Below are positions 9,459 through 19,345 of a DNA stretch of 64,000 bases, in pieces. Source of the stretch: an uncultured delta proteobacterium (GTDB taxonomy: Bacteria; Desulfobacterota; Syntrophobacteria; BM002); NCBI GenBank assembly GCA_963712115.1, contig CAVQGX010000042.1, forward strand, positions 32,001 to 96,000, read 5' to 3'. Each line of letters begins with the position of its first letter. The stretch's first letter is position 1. The translations under genes and the position numbers were made by a program. Below the pieces are notes generated by a model. It did not search any database. It was not told where the DNA came from and was given only the letters and a program-made list of their open reading frames with translations.

Positions 9459-10829
9459 ATGACCAGGACCATAATGATAGTAGATGATGAGCCGAGCATC
9501 CGCACATCCTTGGAGGGTGTATTGGAAGACGAGGGTTTCAAGGTTGTCTGCGCAAGCGATGGTCACGAAGCCTTGAAGACCATGGAAGAGGATATGCCGG
9601 ACCTGGTTCTACTGGATATCTGGATGCCCGGGATTGATGGGATTGAGACTCTGAAACGGATGCGGGAACTCCACCCTGCCCTCCAGGTTATTATGATCTC
9701 TGGCCACGGGACCATAGAGACGGCTGTAAATGCCACCAAGCTGGGGGCTTTCGATTTTATTGAAAAACCCCTTTCTTTGGAGAAAACCTTAGTCACCATT
9801 CAGAATGCTCTTAATTTTCGTCGGCTTCGAGATGAAAATATTATCCTGCGCCAAAAGGCGAGAGGGAAGCACAAGATCACCGGGGAAAGTGCAGTTATAA
9901 AACAACTTCGAGAAACAATTGAGCGCGTGGCTCCAACTCAGGCCACAGTCCTAATCACCGGCGAGAACGGAACCGGCAAGGAACTGGTAGCTCGCGCCAT
10001 CCATCATTTCAGCCCCAGAAATACTCGTCCTTTGGTTGAGGTTAACTGTGCTGCCATCCCTGAAGAACTTATCGAGAGCGAGCTATTTGGGCACGAGAAG
10101 GGCGCATTCACCGGAGCCAATGAACGGCGCCGCGGACGCTTTGACCTTGCAAATAACGGCACCCTCTTTTTGGATGAAATCGGTGACATGAGCCTGAAAA
10201 CCCAGGCTAAAATTTTACGGATTCTGGAGGAGCAGCGCTTCGAAAGAGTGGGCGGCAACAAAATTATCCAGGTTGACGTCCGTATTATTGCGGCCACCAA
10301 CAAAGATTTGAAGCGGGAGATCGACGAAGGCTGGTTCAGGGAGGATCTTTACTATCGATTGAACGTAATTCCTGTCTTCGTTCCGCCGCTGAGGGAACGA
10401 AAAGAAGACATCCCGCTATTGGTGGAAGATTTCGTGGTAGAATTCGCCCAGGAGGGCAAGTCGACCAGAAAGACTTTTGCCGAAGAAGTTATCCCTGTGT
10501 TGCAGAATTATCCCTGGCCAGGCAATGTGAGAGAACTCAAAAATTTCGTCGAGCGCTTGGCAATATTAGTCCCCGAGGAGGTTATCGAGCTTAGCCATAT
10601 ACCAGCCTCTTTCCACCAGTGCTTTGAAGAGGTCAGCCCAAGTACCGCTATGGAGCAAGCCAACTTCAAAACAGCCAAAGTTCAGTTCGAAAAAGACTAC
10701 TTGCGCAGGAAACTGGAGGAACACGATTGGAACATCTCAAAGACCGCAGGTGCCATCGGCATCGAGAGGAGCCATTTACACCGTAAACTCAAAGCCTACG
10801 GCGTTTCATCAGAGAAATCCAAGGAATAA
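9459..10829 (+). CDS. ntrX: NtrX-like sigma-54-dependent response regulator
   Basis: Receiver domain (LLDIWMP), GENGTGKE, ESELFGHEKGAFTGA, C-terminal HTH; ATG 9459 preferred over GTG 9441. Confidence 0.92.
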   Translation: MTRTIMIVDDEPSIRTSLEGVLEDEGFKVVCASDGHEALKTMEEDMPDLVLLDIWMPGIDGIETLKRMRELHPALQVIMISGHGTIETAVNATKLGAFDFIEKPLSLEKTLVTIQNALNFRRLRDENIILRQKARGKHKITGESAVIKQLRETIERVAPTQATVLITGENGTGKELVARAIHHFSPRNTRPLVEVNCAAIPEELIESELFGHEKGAFTGANERRRGRFDLANNGTLFLDEIGDMSLKTQAKILRILEEQRFERVGGNKIIQVDVRIIAATNKDLKREIDEGWFREDLYYRLNVIPVFVPPLRERKEDIPLLVEDFVVEFAQEGKSTRKTFAEEVIPVLQNYPWPGNVRELKNFVERLAILVPEEVIELSHIPASFHQCFEEVSPSTAMEQANFKTAKVQFEKDYLRRKLEEHDWNISKTAGAIGIERSHLHRKLKAYGVSSEKSKE

Positions 10830-10843
10830 AGCCACCAAAAGTT

Positions 10844-11007
10844 AAATCCTAATATCTAATTTCTAAATCCTAAACAATTTCCAAATGCGCCAAATTCAAA
10901 TGAGAAAAACGAATTGACCCATTAATATGCATACGTCATTGGTTTTGAACATTTGGAAATTTGGATTTCGTATTTGTTTCGTGCTTCGAGCTTAGGATTT
11001 GGGATTT
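10844..11007. repeat. Family-A ~165-bp element with ~65-bp inverted AAATYCK-type heptamer arms (copy 1)
   Basis: aaatcctaatatctaatttctaaatcctaaacaatttccaaat... / ...tttgaacatttggaaatttggatttcgtatttgtttcgtgcttcgagcttaggatttgggattt; related copies at 12567, 26577, 46792, 51499. Confidence 0.85.
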
Positions 11008-11026
11008 TGATTCTTTAGAATCAGCC

Positions 11027-12394
11027 TTACCGAAACCTCTTCTTCTCCTCCTCGATAACATCCACGAGCTCGTACATGATTTCCGGCAGCTTCATGCTGA
11101 CCCTGTCCCAGGAAACGGTCTGGGGCGTTTCGTAGAGTTGATCCCTCAGCTTTAGTCCGGCTTGGTCAATGGCGCGAGCAAGGCCACTTTTCATGAAAGG
11201 TTCAAACTCTTCATTGGCTGTGACGAAGCTCAAAAAACGGTCACTCAAACGGTAGGGTGTAATCAGCAGATCGCCAGCAAAGAGAATAGCATCCTTGAAG
11301 ACTGTGCGCACTGCATTCTCTTCTTCATTGCGATCGTATCGAAGCCCTGCAAAGGCAGCGTTGTCTGCGTACATCTTGATCAGGTGATCGGCCACATCCA
11401 AATAAGTAATGGTGAGGTCCCGGATGAAGTGATCGGAAATCTCCAATCCTTCTTCAATGACCAAAGCGCTCAGAAGGGTAGTGACGATGTCAACCCCCAT
11501 CTTGTGGATTCCACGACTACCATCCTCCTCCGATATTGGCTGGTGTTTGTGATCATAGGCGCCACCGAGGACCTCCACCTGGGCAATGGTGTTGGCCTTG
11601 CGGTAAACCTCGATAAGGGTAAAGATTTCTACTCCCCAGTTGGTAGCGAAGTGCATTCTGCGCAGCAAGCTGTTTTCGAAGGCAACCTCGCCCGACAGTT
11701 GATAGTGGAAATTTAAGAGAAAATCCACAATCCTGAGGACCCTGTCCTCTTGCGTATCGGTGAACTTGCGCTTGAGTGCAATAAGAAGAGGGTCTAGGAG
11801 TAACCTCTTGGCCCGACCATAAAGTTGGTCCTCCTTAAGCCGCGCATAATATGCCTTTGAAAACTGATAGTTTAAGACCACTACAGGAAAAAAAAGCCGG
11901 TCGATCATCTTCCGCTCAAAGGTCCTGATATCAGCATCAACCACACCAATGCACTCGGCGCCCAAAGCCAGAGCTATACCGAAAGAGAGGAACATGTTCC
12001 TCCCCTTGCCCGGCTCTTCCAGTCGGAAACCCGCCTCTGAGAGTTTTTTGTAGATTGAAGCGAACCCTGCCCCGTTGTTGTGTTGAATGAGAAAGTTATT
12101 CAATCCCTTGGATTTCAGGATATCAGCCAGTTCGAGTGCTTCTTCGTCGCTGGCACTATCCAGGCCAAAAATAATATGAGAGAGATACTCCACTGCTGTC
12201 AGCTGTTCGACAATGTTGCCGAACACCGGGCGGTTTTCTTCCTCGGTGAATTCAGTTGCCAGGAGAGGCACTACGAGCACGGCCTTTTTCCACTTGGAGT
12301 GGAAGAGAAGCTTTTCATCCATCTCATCCGGCTGGGAACCTAGGAGATGAAAGGTGGTGATTTTCGTGTGCTTTTGGGCAAAAAAAGACATCAA
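11027..12394 (-). CDS. gpgS: Glucosyl-3-phosphoglycerate synthase-like glycosyltransferase
   Basis: PGKGRN, VDADI, YQLSGE, NWGVEI, YDHKHQ motifs of the GpgS/MpgS family. Confidence 0.72.
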   Translation of the reverse strand: MMSFFAQKHTKITTFHLLGSQPDEMDEKLLFHSKWKKAVLVVPLLATEFTEEENRPVFGNIVEQLTAVEYLSHIIFGLDSASDEEALELADILKSKGLNNFLIQHNNGAGFASIYKKLSEAGFRLEEPGKGRNMFLSFGIALALGAECIGVVDADIRTFERKMIDRLFFPVVVLNYQFSKAYYARLKEDQLYGRAKRLLLDPLLIALKRKFTDTQEDRVLRIVDFLLNFHYQLSGEVAFENSLLRRMHFATNWGVEIFTLIEVYRKANTIAQVEVLGGAYDHKHQPISEEDGSRGIHKMGVDIVTTLLSALVIEEGLEISDHFIRDLTITYLDVADHLIKMYADNAAFAGLRYDRNEEENAVRTVFKDAILFAGDLLITPYRLSDRFLSFVTANEEFEPFMKSGLARAIDQAGLKLRDQLYETPQTVSWDRVSMKLPEIMYELVDVIEEEKKRFR

Positions 12395-12494
12395 TCTTCC
12401 CTCTGGATAAGAACTTTATGGAGAACCTCTGGGGACATGCTTTTATTAGATAACCTTACTAAATTAATTGCCGACATACAAGGGAATAGGCGTA

Positions 12495-12964
12495 ATTGGG
12501 AATTCAGGAATTAAAGAATTGAGGGATTGAGGGATTTAAGATTTTAGATCGCAGATTGAAGCATGGAAATTACAAATCACAACACCCAAATAACAAATGG
12601 TTCGACAAGCTCACCACCCTGAGCCAAGTCGAAGGGCAAATAACAATGACCGAAATTCAAAATCCCAAACCTTCACATCATCTTAAAAAAAGAAAATTCC
12701 AAATATGTTTGGGTCATTGATCACTTGCCCTGTGGAATGCCACCTGTTGGCGGCCCTCCTCCAGAGGATTCCACAGGGTGAAAATTTGAGATTTATTTGT
12801 AATTTGGTGCTTGGGATTTGGGATTTTGGCTCGAGGATTTCGGATTGCGGATTTGAGATCACACATCCCACATCTCACATCTCAAATTTTAGGCATTTTA
12901 GTTCATTTTAGTTCACTTTAGACATTTAGAGCTCTCTATGCCCTCTGCTCTATGCTCTATGCTA
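12495..12964. repeat. Compound repeat block: 8-mer, several 7-mer and 9-mer tracts, one family-A-like element, two inserted hairpins
   Basis: ggaattca/ggaattaa/gggattga; aaatcacaa...tgggatttt; cacatcc/cacatct; tttaggcat/tttagttca x4; ctatgct x4 running into the stop codon at 12962. Confidence 0.85.
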
Positions 12965-14224
12965 AATTTCGATACCAAAAAAATTGGCAATTAGGAAAGC
13001 CAGTCGCTTCCGCAGAACTTCGTAAGAATAGTGACGGGTTGCCACCAAATAGTTATGGTTAACCATCCTCTCACGTCTTTCTGGGGACTCCAGGACCTCC
13101 CGCACCTGTTTGACCACGCGCTCTGTTATGAACCCGTCCATAACGATCAGATCAAACTCTTGTGGTTCAATATCCCTGATGAAAACCTCATAGCGATTAA
13201 TTAGCAGGGGTTTTCGAAAATAGACCGCCTCTAGGAAGGCGTTGCCGAATCCCTCATAAAGACTGGTGTAGGTGACAAAATCTGCGTGTGGATAGACATC
13301 CCAGAGAGTATAAACCTTCTCCCCCTTTTCATTAAGGCCACGCGTTTCGCCTATATGGCAAGAAACCAGCCTGAGGTCCACATTGTGGTCACGGGCATGT
13401 TCTTCCACAAAATGGGCATAGTCATAACCTTCGTCACCAGCTTGGTGAGAGATGACAAGTTTATATTTGGCATCCCCTAGTTGACTCACCAACTCGATGG
13501 CGTGTTCGATGCCTTTTCTCTGAACTATCCTGGTGGGTTGCAGAATGAGGACGTCACCTTCCTCTAGACCGATCTCTTGACGAAAATTCTTGCTATATTC
13601 AACATCTACCTGTGGTTGATTCTCGAAATCCAGCACATTTGGAATGACTGTGGCTGAGATTCCGGTACGCAATGCTAATTCTTCTTGGGCTAAGGTGCTG
13701 ATCACAACATGCTGGATACTTGGAAGTTTGGGCGGAAACGCCATCTGCAGATAATCTTGCACTGCGTTCAACGAAAACCGAACCCTTTCCCAAAAAAAAT
13801 CATGGTGATGGGCAATGGTGGGAATGCCGGTCTCTGCAATCAGCTCGGTAACCGCCAATCCCAGAGGGATATGCATGGGGATACTCAGGACATTCTGGGG
13901 AATAATTATATCGATGTTGAACTTCTCGATGAACTCGTAAAGCCTACCCTTTAGATAATTTCTCATGGCATGGATGTGACCGCTGATTTCCGAAGTCCTG
14001 TATTTCACCCCAAGTACGTGCTCATTGATCCACCTTACTTCCTCGTGGTCAAAAAAGGCCTCAACCACCAGCATGCTCGCCTTGGGATCCCGGTCTAGCT
14101 CTCCAGCAAACCAGTAGGAGACATGTTGCCTATCCCAAAGAAGCTGAGCCCATTTGGCAGCCTCTAGGGAAACGCCGTCTCTTCCAGCAAACCTGGTTGA
14201 GATGAAACCAATCTTTTTGCCCAT
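12962..14224 (-). CDS. GT4-family glycosyltransferase (mannosylglucosylglycerate synthase-like), paralog 1
   Basis: GFISTRFAGRDGVSLE, AHHHDFFWER, QPTRIVQRKGIEHA, SLYEGFGNAFLEA. Confidence 0.8.
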   Translation of the reverse strand: MGKKIGFISTRFAGRDGVSLEAAKWAQLLWDRQHVSYWFAGELDRDPKASMLVVEAFFDHEEVRWINEHVLGVKYRTSEISGHIHAMRNYLKGRLYEFIEKFNIDIIIPQNVLSIPMHIPLGLAVTELIAETGIPTIAHHHDFFWERVRFSLNAVQDYLQMAFPPKLPSIQHVVISTLAQEELALRTGISATVIPNVLDFENQPQVDVEYSKNFRQEIGLEEGDVLILQPTRIVQRKGIEHAIELVSQLGDAKYKLVISHQAGDEGYDYAHFVEEHARDHNVDLRLVSCHIGETRGLNEKGEKVYTLWDVYPHADFVTYTSLYEGFGNAFLEAVYFRKPLLINRYEVFIRDIEPQEFDLIVMDGFITERVVKQVREVLESPERRERMVNHNYLVATRHYSYEVLRKRLAFLIANFFGIEI

Positions 14225-14234
14225 ATCAGCCGTT

Positions 14235-15086
14235 TCACCTTCCGCATGCCTTTAGCAATGTTTCATAGTTAGTAACCATCGGCCCTTTGCCAATTGTCCC
14301 ACCCAAGCGCACGCTTTGAGCATTACCCCAGAATAGTAAGGCCTGCAAACCATGTGCCTTTGCTGGCAAAATATCATTCTCACAGTCGTTTCCAACAACC
14401 AGAACTTCTTCAGGTCTTAGGCCTAAATAGAGAGCCCTTGTCCTGATAAGTCGAAAAAAGTAAGGGGAAGGCTTAGAAAAGCCCAGGTGAAAGGAGAGAA
14501 AAGTCAGCTCTGCATTGAAGTACTCCTCAGGTTTGATGTTTAAAACCTTTCCCAGAATGGGCAGAGTGTAAAACTGCGAATTGGACGCAAGGCCCAGTTT
14601 TATGCCGCTTCTTTTCAGCTTCAACAGGGCTTCCGCCGCTCCGGAAAAGGGTCGAACCGGATTTGCCATCAATTCACGGTAGGCCGCTAGCATGCGCGGT
14701 TGGCTAACGGAGGGATCCCCGCCTGCCCTGGCAATCATCTCAGTCCAAATGAGATCTACCTGAACCTCCGCTGGGGCAATGCCCATTTTTTCCTGTTCTT
14801 TGTGTTCTGAGCGGATGGCCTCGAAGAACCACTTGTGCCATTTGATCCCAATTGCCTCGGAAAAGCCGAAACGTTTGGCAGTCGCTATGAAGCTTTCCTC
14901 CCCTGAAGCAAGTCTCGCCTGTTCATTGAGATCCCCGACTTGAGGACAGACTAAAGTACCGTAAACGTCGAAAAGGATGGCTTTAGGATTCGGCTCTAAG
15001 GTGGGAACCACCCCTTTTGGTCTGGTGGGGGCGGGAACATCTACCTGGAACTCCTGCAAAATAGAAAGCCAGTTAGCCATTACCAT
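14235..15086 (-). CDS. HAD-superfamily hydrolase (probable sugar-phosphate phosphatase)
   Basis: FDVYGTL motif I, SN motif II, KP motif III, VGNDxxND motif IV. Confidence 0.85.
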   Translation of the reverse strand: MVMANWLSILQEFQVDVPAPTRPKGVVPTLEPNPKAILFDVYGTLVCPQVGDLNEQARLASGEESFIATAKRFGFSEAIGIKWHKWFFEAIRSEHKEQEKMGIAPAEVQVDLIWTEMIARAGGDPSVSQPRMLAAYRELMANPVRPFSGAAEALLKLKRSGIKLGLASNSQFYTLPILGKVLNIKPEEYFNAELTFLSFHLGFSKPSPYFFRLIRTRALYLGLRPEEVLVVGNDCENDILPAKAHGLQALLFWGNAQSVRLGGTIGKGPMVTNYETLLKACGR

Positions 15087-16678
15087 CCTCCTATTAACGG
15101 CCGATGAAATCGAGGGCGAAAATAAAGATCCAGCAGCCGGTCGCTCACATTTGCAATTTTCTTCTCTTGGTTTTCCCGATCAAAAATCCCTTCGAATGTT
15201 GCTGTGAGTTTTGCGGCATGGGACTCCAGACCGAAATGCTCCTCCACTCGCTGAGAAAAATCAGGGGGGAACCCTGCCGGTTCAATTGCTTTCGAGTTCA
15301 ACAGCTTCAACTCCCCCAGCAAATCTCCTCTCTGGAGACGACCGGCGAGACGGATCTGCTGGCTTAGTTCGAGAAAACCGAAATCTACAGCGGTCTTTGA
15401 AAAAATTGCCTCTACTTCCTCACTAAATCTGTCGACTGTTGAATGGTTCAGCCCCAACAATCTCCCCTGTTCTTGAGCGAATCTCTGACCCTTGCTGATC
15501 ATCTCCTTTCTCGTTTGTCCGTCTATGGGCACCAGGAACTCGTCATATAATGATGTTGCCGGGAAACCGACATCGACAAAATCAGAGGTTACATCATTAA
15601 GATTTCTTCCCACCAGAGGCCTACCTCGATTGGCCCCCTCGAGAAAGGTGAATCCGAATCCCTCCAGAAGTGAAGTGCTGACCACAACATCGGAGGCCAG
15701 AAGAAGATCGTCAAAACTAAAGGCACTTCCTACGAGTTCATGCCCAAATCCTACAACCGCGGCGTGTTTCTCTTTTCTGAACAGGTCTTTTACTGCTTCG
15801 GCGTAGGGACGTTCCGGCTCAGAGTTAGCATCCAGAGTGATGAGCAGTTGAGGAGAATCCTCTGCCATGGCAGCCAAGAGCAAAGCTTCCACTACGTTCT
15901 TTCTGCGAATGAGCCGAATGGGGAGAGTCCACCACGGTCGTCCGTATTCAAATTGATAGCCCTTTTCCCGGGCATAGATTTGCAAGTCCTTACCTATCGA
16001 TTCTTTGCTTTTTCTTTTTTCAGTGCGAACAAGGGGTACTGCGTTGGGTAGGACAAATATTCTCTCCCTGGGTATCCCCGCTTGGGCCAGTCTCTTGGAG
16101 TCTGCCTTGTTCAGCACTCCATAGCTTACATTCTGGGAAAGAGGGTAGAAATCTTCCAGACCTCCATGGCCCCAACATTTTCGCAAATGTTTCAGGTTCC
16201 AGAACCGGCCGCATTCTGCAAAGTCATGAATGTGGTAAAGAAATTGGTGCGCAACTCCCCTGTCAACCGCCTGCTGAGCCGCTTTCATTAGTGCGGCAGT
16301 CACCAGGGCATTTTTGCCCAGGGTGGGATTGTGGGCCCAAAACAGAGAGTCCCCTCTAACTTGTAGAAGAAACCAACTTGCTAAGCGGGAGGCCTCCTGC
16401 CAAAATGAATCTCTATCCGGCCAAACCCTTTCGCTATAGTCTAGCCTGGAATCCACTTCAACCTGAACCTCTAGGCCCCGCTGGTCCAGGAATGTCCGAA
16501 ATTCATCGATACCGGTTGTTCTCCCCGTGAGGACTTTGACCGACCGTTGAGAAAGCCAGCCTGACTGGCCCAGGGCAACCAGACTGTTCTTGAGGGAAGA
16601 GCAAACTCCTCCGGGTAGAAGATGATAGTGGACAATCACCAGACTGTCGGGGCGCGACATAGTCTCATTTCCTCCCAT
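15080..16678 (-). CDS. GT-B (GT4-like) glycosyltransferase
   Basis: HYHLLPGGV, AHNPTLGKN, HIHDFAE, RLIRRKN, STSLLEGFG; true start may be ATG 16660. Confidence 0.75.
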   Translation of the reverse strand: MGGNETMSRPDSLVIVHYHLLPGGVCSSLKNSLVALGQSGWLSQRSVKVLTGRTTGIDEFRTFLDQRGLEVQVEVDSRLDYSERVWPDRDSFWQEASRLASWFLLQVRGDSLFWAHNPTLGKNALVTAALMKAAQQAVDRGVAHQFLYHIHDFAECGRFWNLKHLRKCWGHGGLEDFYPLSQNVSYGVLNKADSKRLAQAGIPRERIFVLPNAVPLVRTEKRKSKESIGKDLQIYAREKGYQFEYGRPWWTLPIRLIRRKNVVEALLLAAMAEDSPQLLITLDANSEPERPYAEAVKDLFRKEKHAAVVGFGHELVGSAFSFDDLLLASDVVVSTSLLEGFGFTFLEGANRGRPLVGRNLNDVTSDFVDVGFPATSLYDEFLVPIDGQTRKEMISKGQRFAQEQGRLLGLNHSTVDRFSEEVEAIFSKTAVDFGFLELSQQIRLAGRLQRGDLLGELKLLNSKAIEPAGFPPDFSQRVEEHFGLESHAAKLTATFEGIFDRENQEKKIANVSDRLLDLYFRPRFHRPLIGGW

Positions 16679-16695
16679 CAGTTACCTTATAATAA

Positions 16696-16708
16696 TATCA
16701 AGTGGTTG
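16696..16708. promoter_or_regulatory. IHF-like site in divergent promoter region
   Basis: TATCAAGTGGTTG matches WATCAANNNNTTR exactly. Confidence 0.4.
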
Positions 16709-16787
16709 GCAATAAGGGACCACAATAACGCACTAGCTCTTTGGCATTAGAGAATCTCCATTTCCTGGCAGTAGCAGCAGACTTAGG

Positions 16788-16875
16788 TTGGAGTGATGGA
16801 GTATTGGAGTGTTGCAAATATTTTTCGAGAATCAGAGTGCATTAATCCCATTACTCCAGTACTCCACTACTCCAT
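16788..16875. repeat. Inverted pair of octamer arms (TGGAGTRT / AYACTCCA)
   Basis: ttggagtgatggagtattggagtgttg ... ccattactccagtactccactactcca. Confidence 0.85.
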
Positions 16876-16884
16876 TTTCTTTGG

Positions 16885-16900
16885 TGGCATAAATCTTGTA
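16885..16900 (+). promoter_or_regulatory. Possible sigma-54 promoter for GT4 paralog 2
   Basis: TGGCATAAATCTTGTA: good -24 box, but -12 box is TTGT instead of TTGC. Confidence 0.35.
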
Positions 16901-16981
16901 CATCTGCCTTACATATGATATAGGCTTCCGGCAAGGTTCTAGCTCGGATATCTGACGAATTACTGTCGCGAGACCACGAAG

Positions 16982-18244
16982 ATGGCAAAAAATATAGGCT
17001 TCGTATCAACTCGTTTTTCCGGAACAGATGGTGTTTCTCTAGAGTCTGCCAAATGGGCTGAGGTTCTACAGGCCAACGGGCACCAGTGTTATTGGTTTGC
17101 CGGAGAGATTGACAGGGATCCAGCAAAAAGTCTGTTGGTGGAGGAAGCTCATTTTGAACACGAGTCGGTCAAATGGGTTCAGGAAAAGGCGTTCGGCCGG
17201 AAAGGCCGGAAGGGAGTGGTCACAGACATGCTCCATGCGCTCCGCAGCCTCCTAAAAGTGAGACTCTATGAGTTCATCGAGAAGTTTCAGCTTGACCTGC
17301 TCATAGCCCAAAATTCACTGACAATTCCAATGCATATTGCCTTGGGGCTGGCAATCACTGAGGTAGCTGCAGAAACGGAAATTCCTATAATCGCTCACCA
17401 CCACGACTTTTACTGGGAAAGGGTCCGTTTCTCGGTTACCAGTGTTCACGATTACTTGCAGATGGCCTTCCCCCCAAACCTTCCCAATATTCAACATGCA
17501 GTGATAAACTCTGCCGCTCAGGAGGAGCTCGCTCTCCGCACTGGGGTTGCGTCTATTGTTATCCCCAATGTGCTGGATTTCGAGAATCCACCTCAGGTTG
17601 ATCATGAGTACACCGCTGACTTCCGTCGGGAAATTGGTTTGGAGGAGGGTGACATCATGGTCCTCCAGCCAACTCGTATCGTCCAGCGCAAGGGGATTGA
17701 GCACGCCATAGAACTGGTTAAAATGCTTCGGGAATCAAAATACAAACTGATCATCTCCCACGAGGCTGGAGACGAGGGGTATGATTACGCCGAATGGCTA
17801 AGAGATCATGCTCAGGATCACGGAGTCGATCTCAGGTTGATCGCAACCCGTGTGGGGGACAGACGGTCCGTCAATGATCACGGTGAGAGGCAATACACCC
17901 TTTGGGATGTCTATCCCCATGCTGATTTTATTACCTACCCCAGTCTGTATGAAGGATTTGGCAATGCCTTTCTGGAGGCCATTTACTTTCGCAAGCCCCT
18001 CCTGGTGAACCGTTACGGGGTTTTTGTCCGCGATATTGAGCCGCAAGCCTTTGACGTGGTGGTAATGGATGGATTTCTGACGAAAAAAGTGGTGCAAGCG
18101 GTTCGCGAGATTATTGAAAATCCAAAACGGTTAAAGCAAATGGTCGATCACAACTATGAAGTTGCCACCAGGCACTATTCTTACGCAGTACTGCGCAAAA
18201 GACTAAATTTCCTCATGGGAAACTTCTTCGGCATCGAGATGTAA
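16982..18244 (+). CDS. GT4-family glycosyltransferase, paralog 2
   Basis: Same length (420 aa) and colinear motifs as 12962-14224. Confidence 0.8.
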   Translation: MAKNIGFVSTRFSGTDGVSLESAKWAEVLQANGHQCYWFAGEIDRDPAKSLLVEEAHFEHESVKWVQEKAFGRKGRKGVVTDMLHALRSLLKVRLYEFIEKFQLDLLIAQNSLTIPMHIALGLAITEVAAETEIPIIAHHHDFYWERVRFSVTSVHDYLQMAFPPNLPNIQHAVINSAAQEELALRTGVASIVIPNVLDFENPPQVDHEYTADFRREIGLEEGDIMVLQPTRIVQRKGIEHAIELVKMLRESKYKLIISHEAGDEGYDYAEWLRDHAQDHGVDLRLIATRVGDRRSVNDHGERQYTLWDVYPHADFITYPSLYEGFGNAFLEAIYFRKPLLVNRYGVFVRDIEPQAFDVVVMDGFLTKKVVQAVREIIENPKRLKQMVDHNYEVATRHYSYAVLRKRLNFLMGNFFGIEM

Positions 18245-18387
18245 TCCTTTATTCGATTTAAATATATGTAGCCCTCTCCGTGAATCTACAAAGTCCCTCT
18301 ATACTTCATATTGGTTGTTCCAACCGGTGAGCTCTGTGTATAATTAAAAGAAGAACTAGCCCGGATAAATGATAAGGAGGCCCTGCC

Positions 18388-19335
18388 ATGAGCAGAAGAT
18401 TTCTCTTTGGCGTAGACGATTCCGAAAACACCCTTCAGGCTCTCAAAAATTTTGCTGAACTTTTCCTGGAAAGTGATGTTATTTTGCACCTATTTCACGC
18501 CGTGCCTGAAAGTTCCCTCCTATATCCCGGAGAACTTTCTACTCTAGGTGGTGAGGTGTCGGAATGGGAAAAGGTGCAGGAGCGGCAAGCCCAGCGAGTT
18601 TTAGACAAGGCGGTCGAATTACTGGTGGAAATGGGCTATAAGCGCTCTCGACTCGAATCTGAGCGCATGTTGAAAAGCGTAGACACTGCACAGAATATTT
18701 TGGCTGCCTGCGAAAGCAACGAATTTGCCGCCATCGTCCTTGCCAGAAAGGGTCGCTCTGCTGTAAAGAGATTCCTCTTGGGAAGCACCACCACGAAGAT
18801 CTGCCAGTATTCAGAGGCGCAGCCTGTTTGGGTAATCGGCACTCCTCAACTGAAACCACCCAACATCTTGGCTGCTCTGGACGATTCCGATTGCGCTGAA
18901 CGCGTCTTTGATCACCTGGCTCAGTACCTTGCCCCATTTCCCGGAGCGCGGATAACTTTGTTCCATGTGATGCCAGCAAAACCGCCGGAGTTCTGGGACG
19001 ACGGCCACATTCTGGACGAGGAGGAACGGACCGAACGTGACGCTCTGGTGGCAAAGTGGCGGTCATCTCATGAGGAACGAATGGCAGAAATTTTTGCCAA
19101 AGCCAAGGAAGTTTTTACCAACGCCGGAATGAATGAAAAGCAAGTTGCCAACCAGATGCCGACTCGAATGCGCGGCATCGCTCGCGATATCATTGCTGAG
19201 GCCAGTCGGGGTAACTACAATATCTTAGCCTTTGGCCGAAGAGGTCTGTCTGCAATCAGTGATTTTAACCTGGGGAGCAGGGCAGCAAAGATGCTGCAAA
19301 GCGCCCGTGACTGCTCCCTTATCTTGGTAAATTAA
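18388..19335 (+). CDS. Tandem universal stress protein (two USP domains)
   Basis: FLFGVDDS...FLLGSTT and ILAALDDS...FNLGSRA; AGGAGG RBS. Confidence 0.88.
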   Translation: MSRRFLFGVDDSENTLQALKNFAELFLESDVILHLFHAVPESSLLYPGELSTLGGEVSEWEKVQERQAQRVLDKAVELLVEMGYKRSRLESERMLKSVDTAQNILAACESNEFAAIVLARKGRSAVKRFLLGSTTTKICQYSEAQPVWVIGTPQLKPPNILAALDDSDCAERVFDHLAQYLAPFPGARITLFHVMPAKPPEFWDDGHILDEEERTERDALVAKWRSSHEERMAEIFAKAKEVFTNAGMNEKQVANQMPTRMRGIARDIIAEASRGNYNILAFGRRGLSAISDFNLGSRAAKMLQSARDCSLILVN

Positions 19336-19345
19336 CCAGTTATTT

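Noticed and set aside
10961-11155. Short ORFs read through repeats (also 12683-12911, 19332-19670, 35164-35373, 51432-51626, 58508-58807, 60840-61079)
   Set aside because: Low-complexity translations of heptamer arms, with no RBS or recognisable domain
12495-12964. Repeat blocks as a CRISPR array
   Set aside because: Units are 7-9 nt and tandem, with no constant 23-47-nt repeat separated by unique spacers and no cas genes
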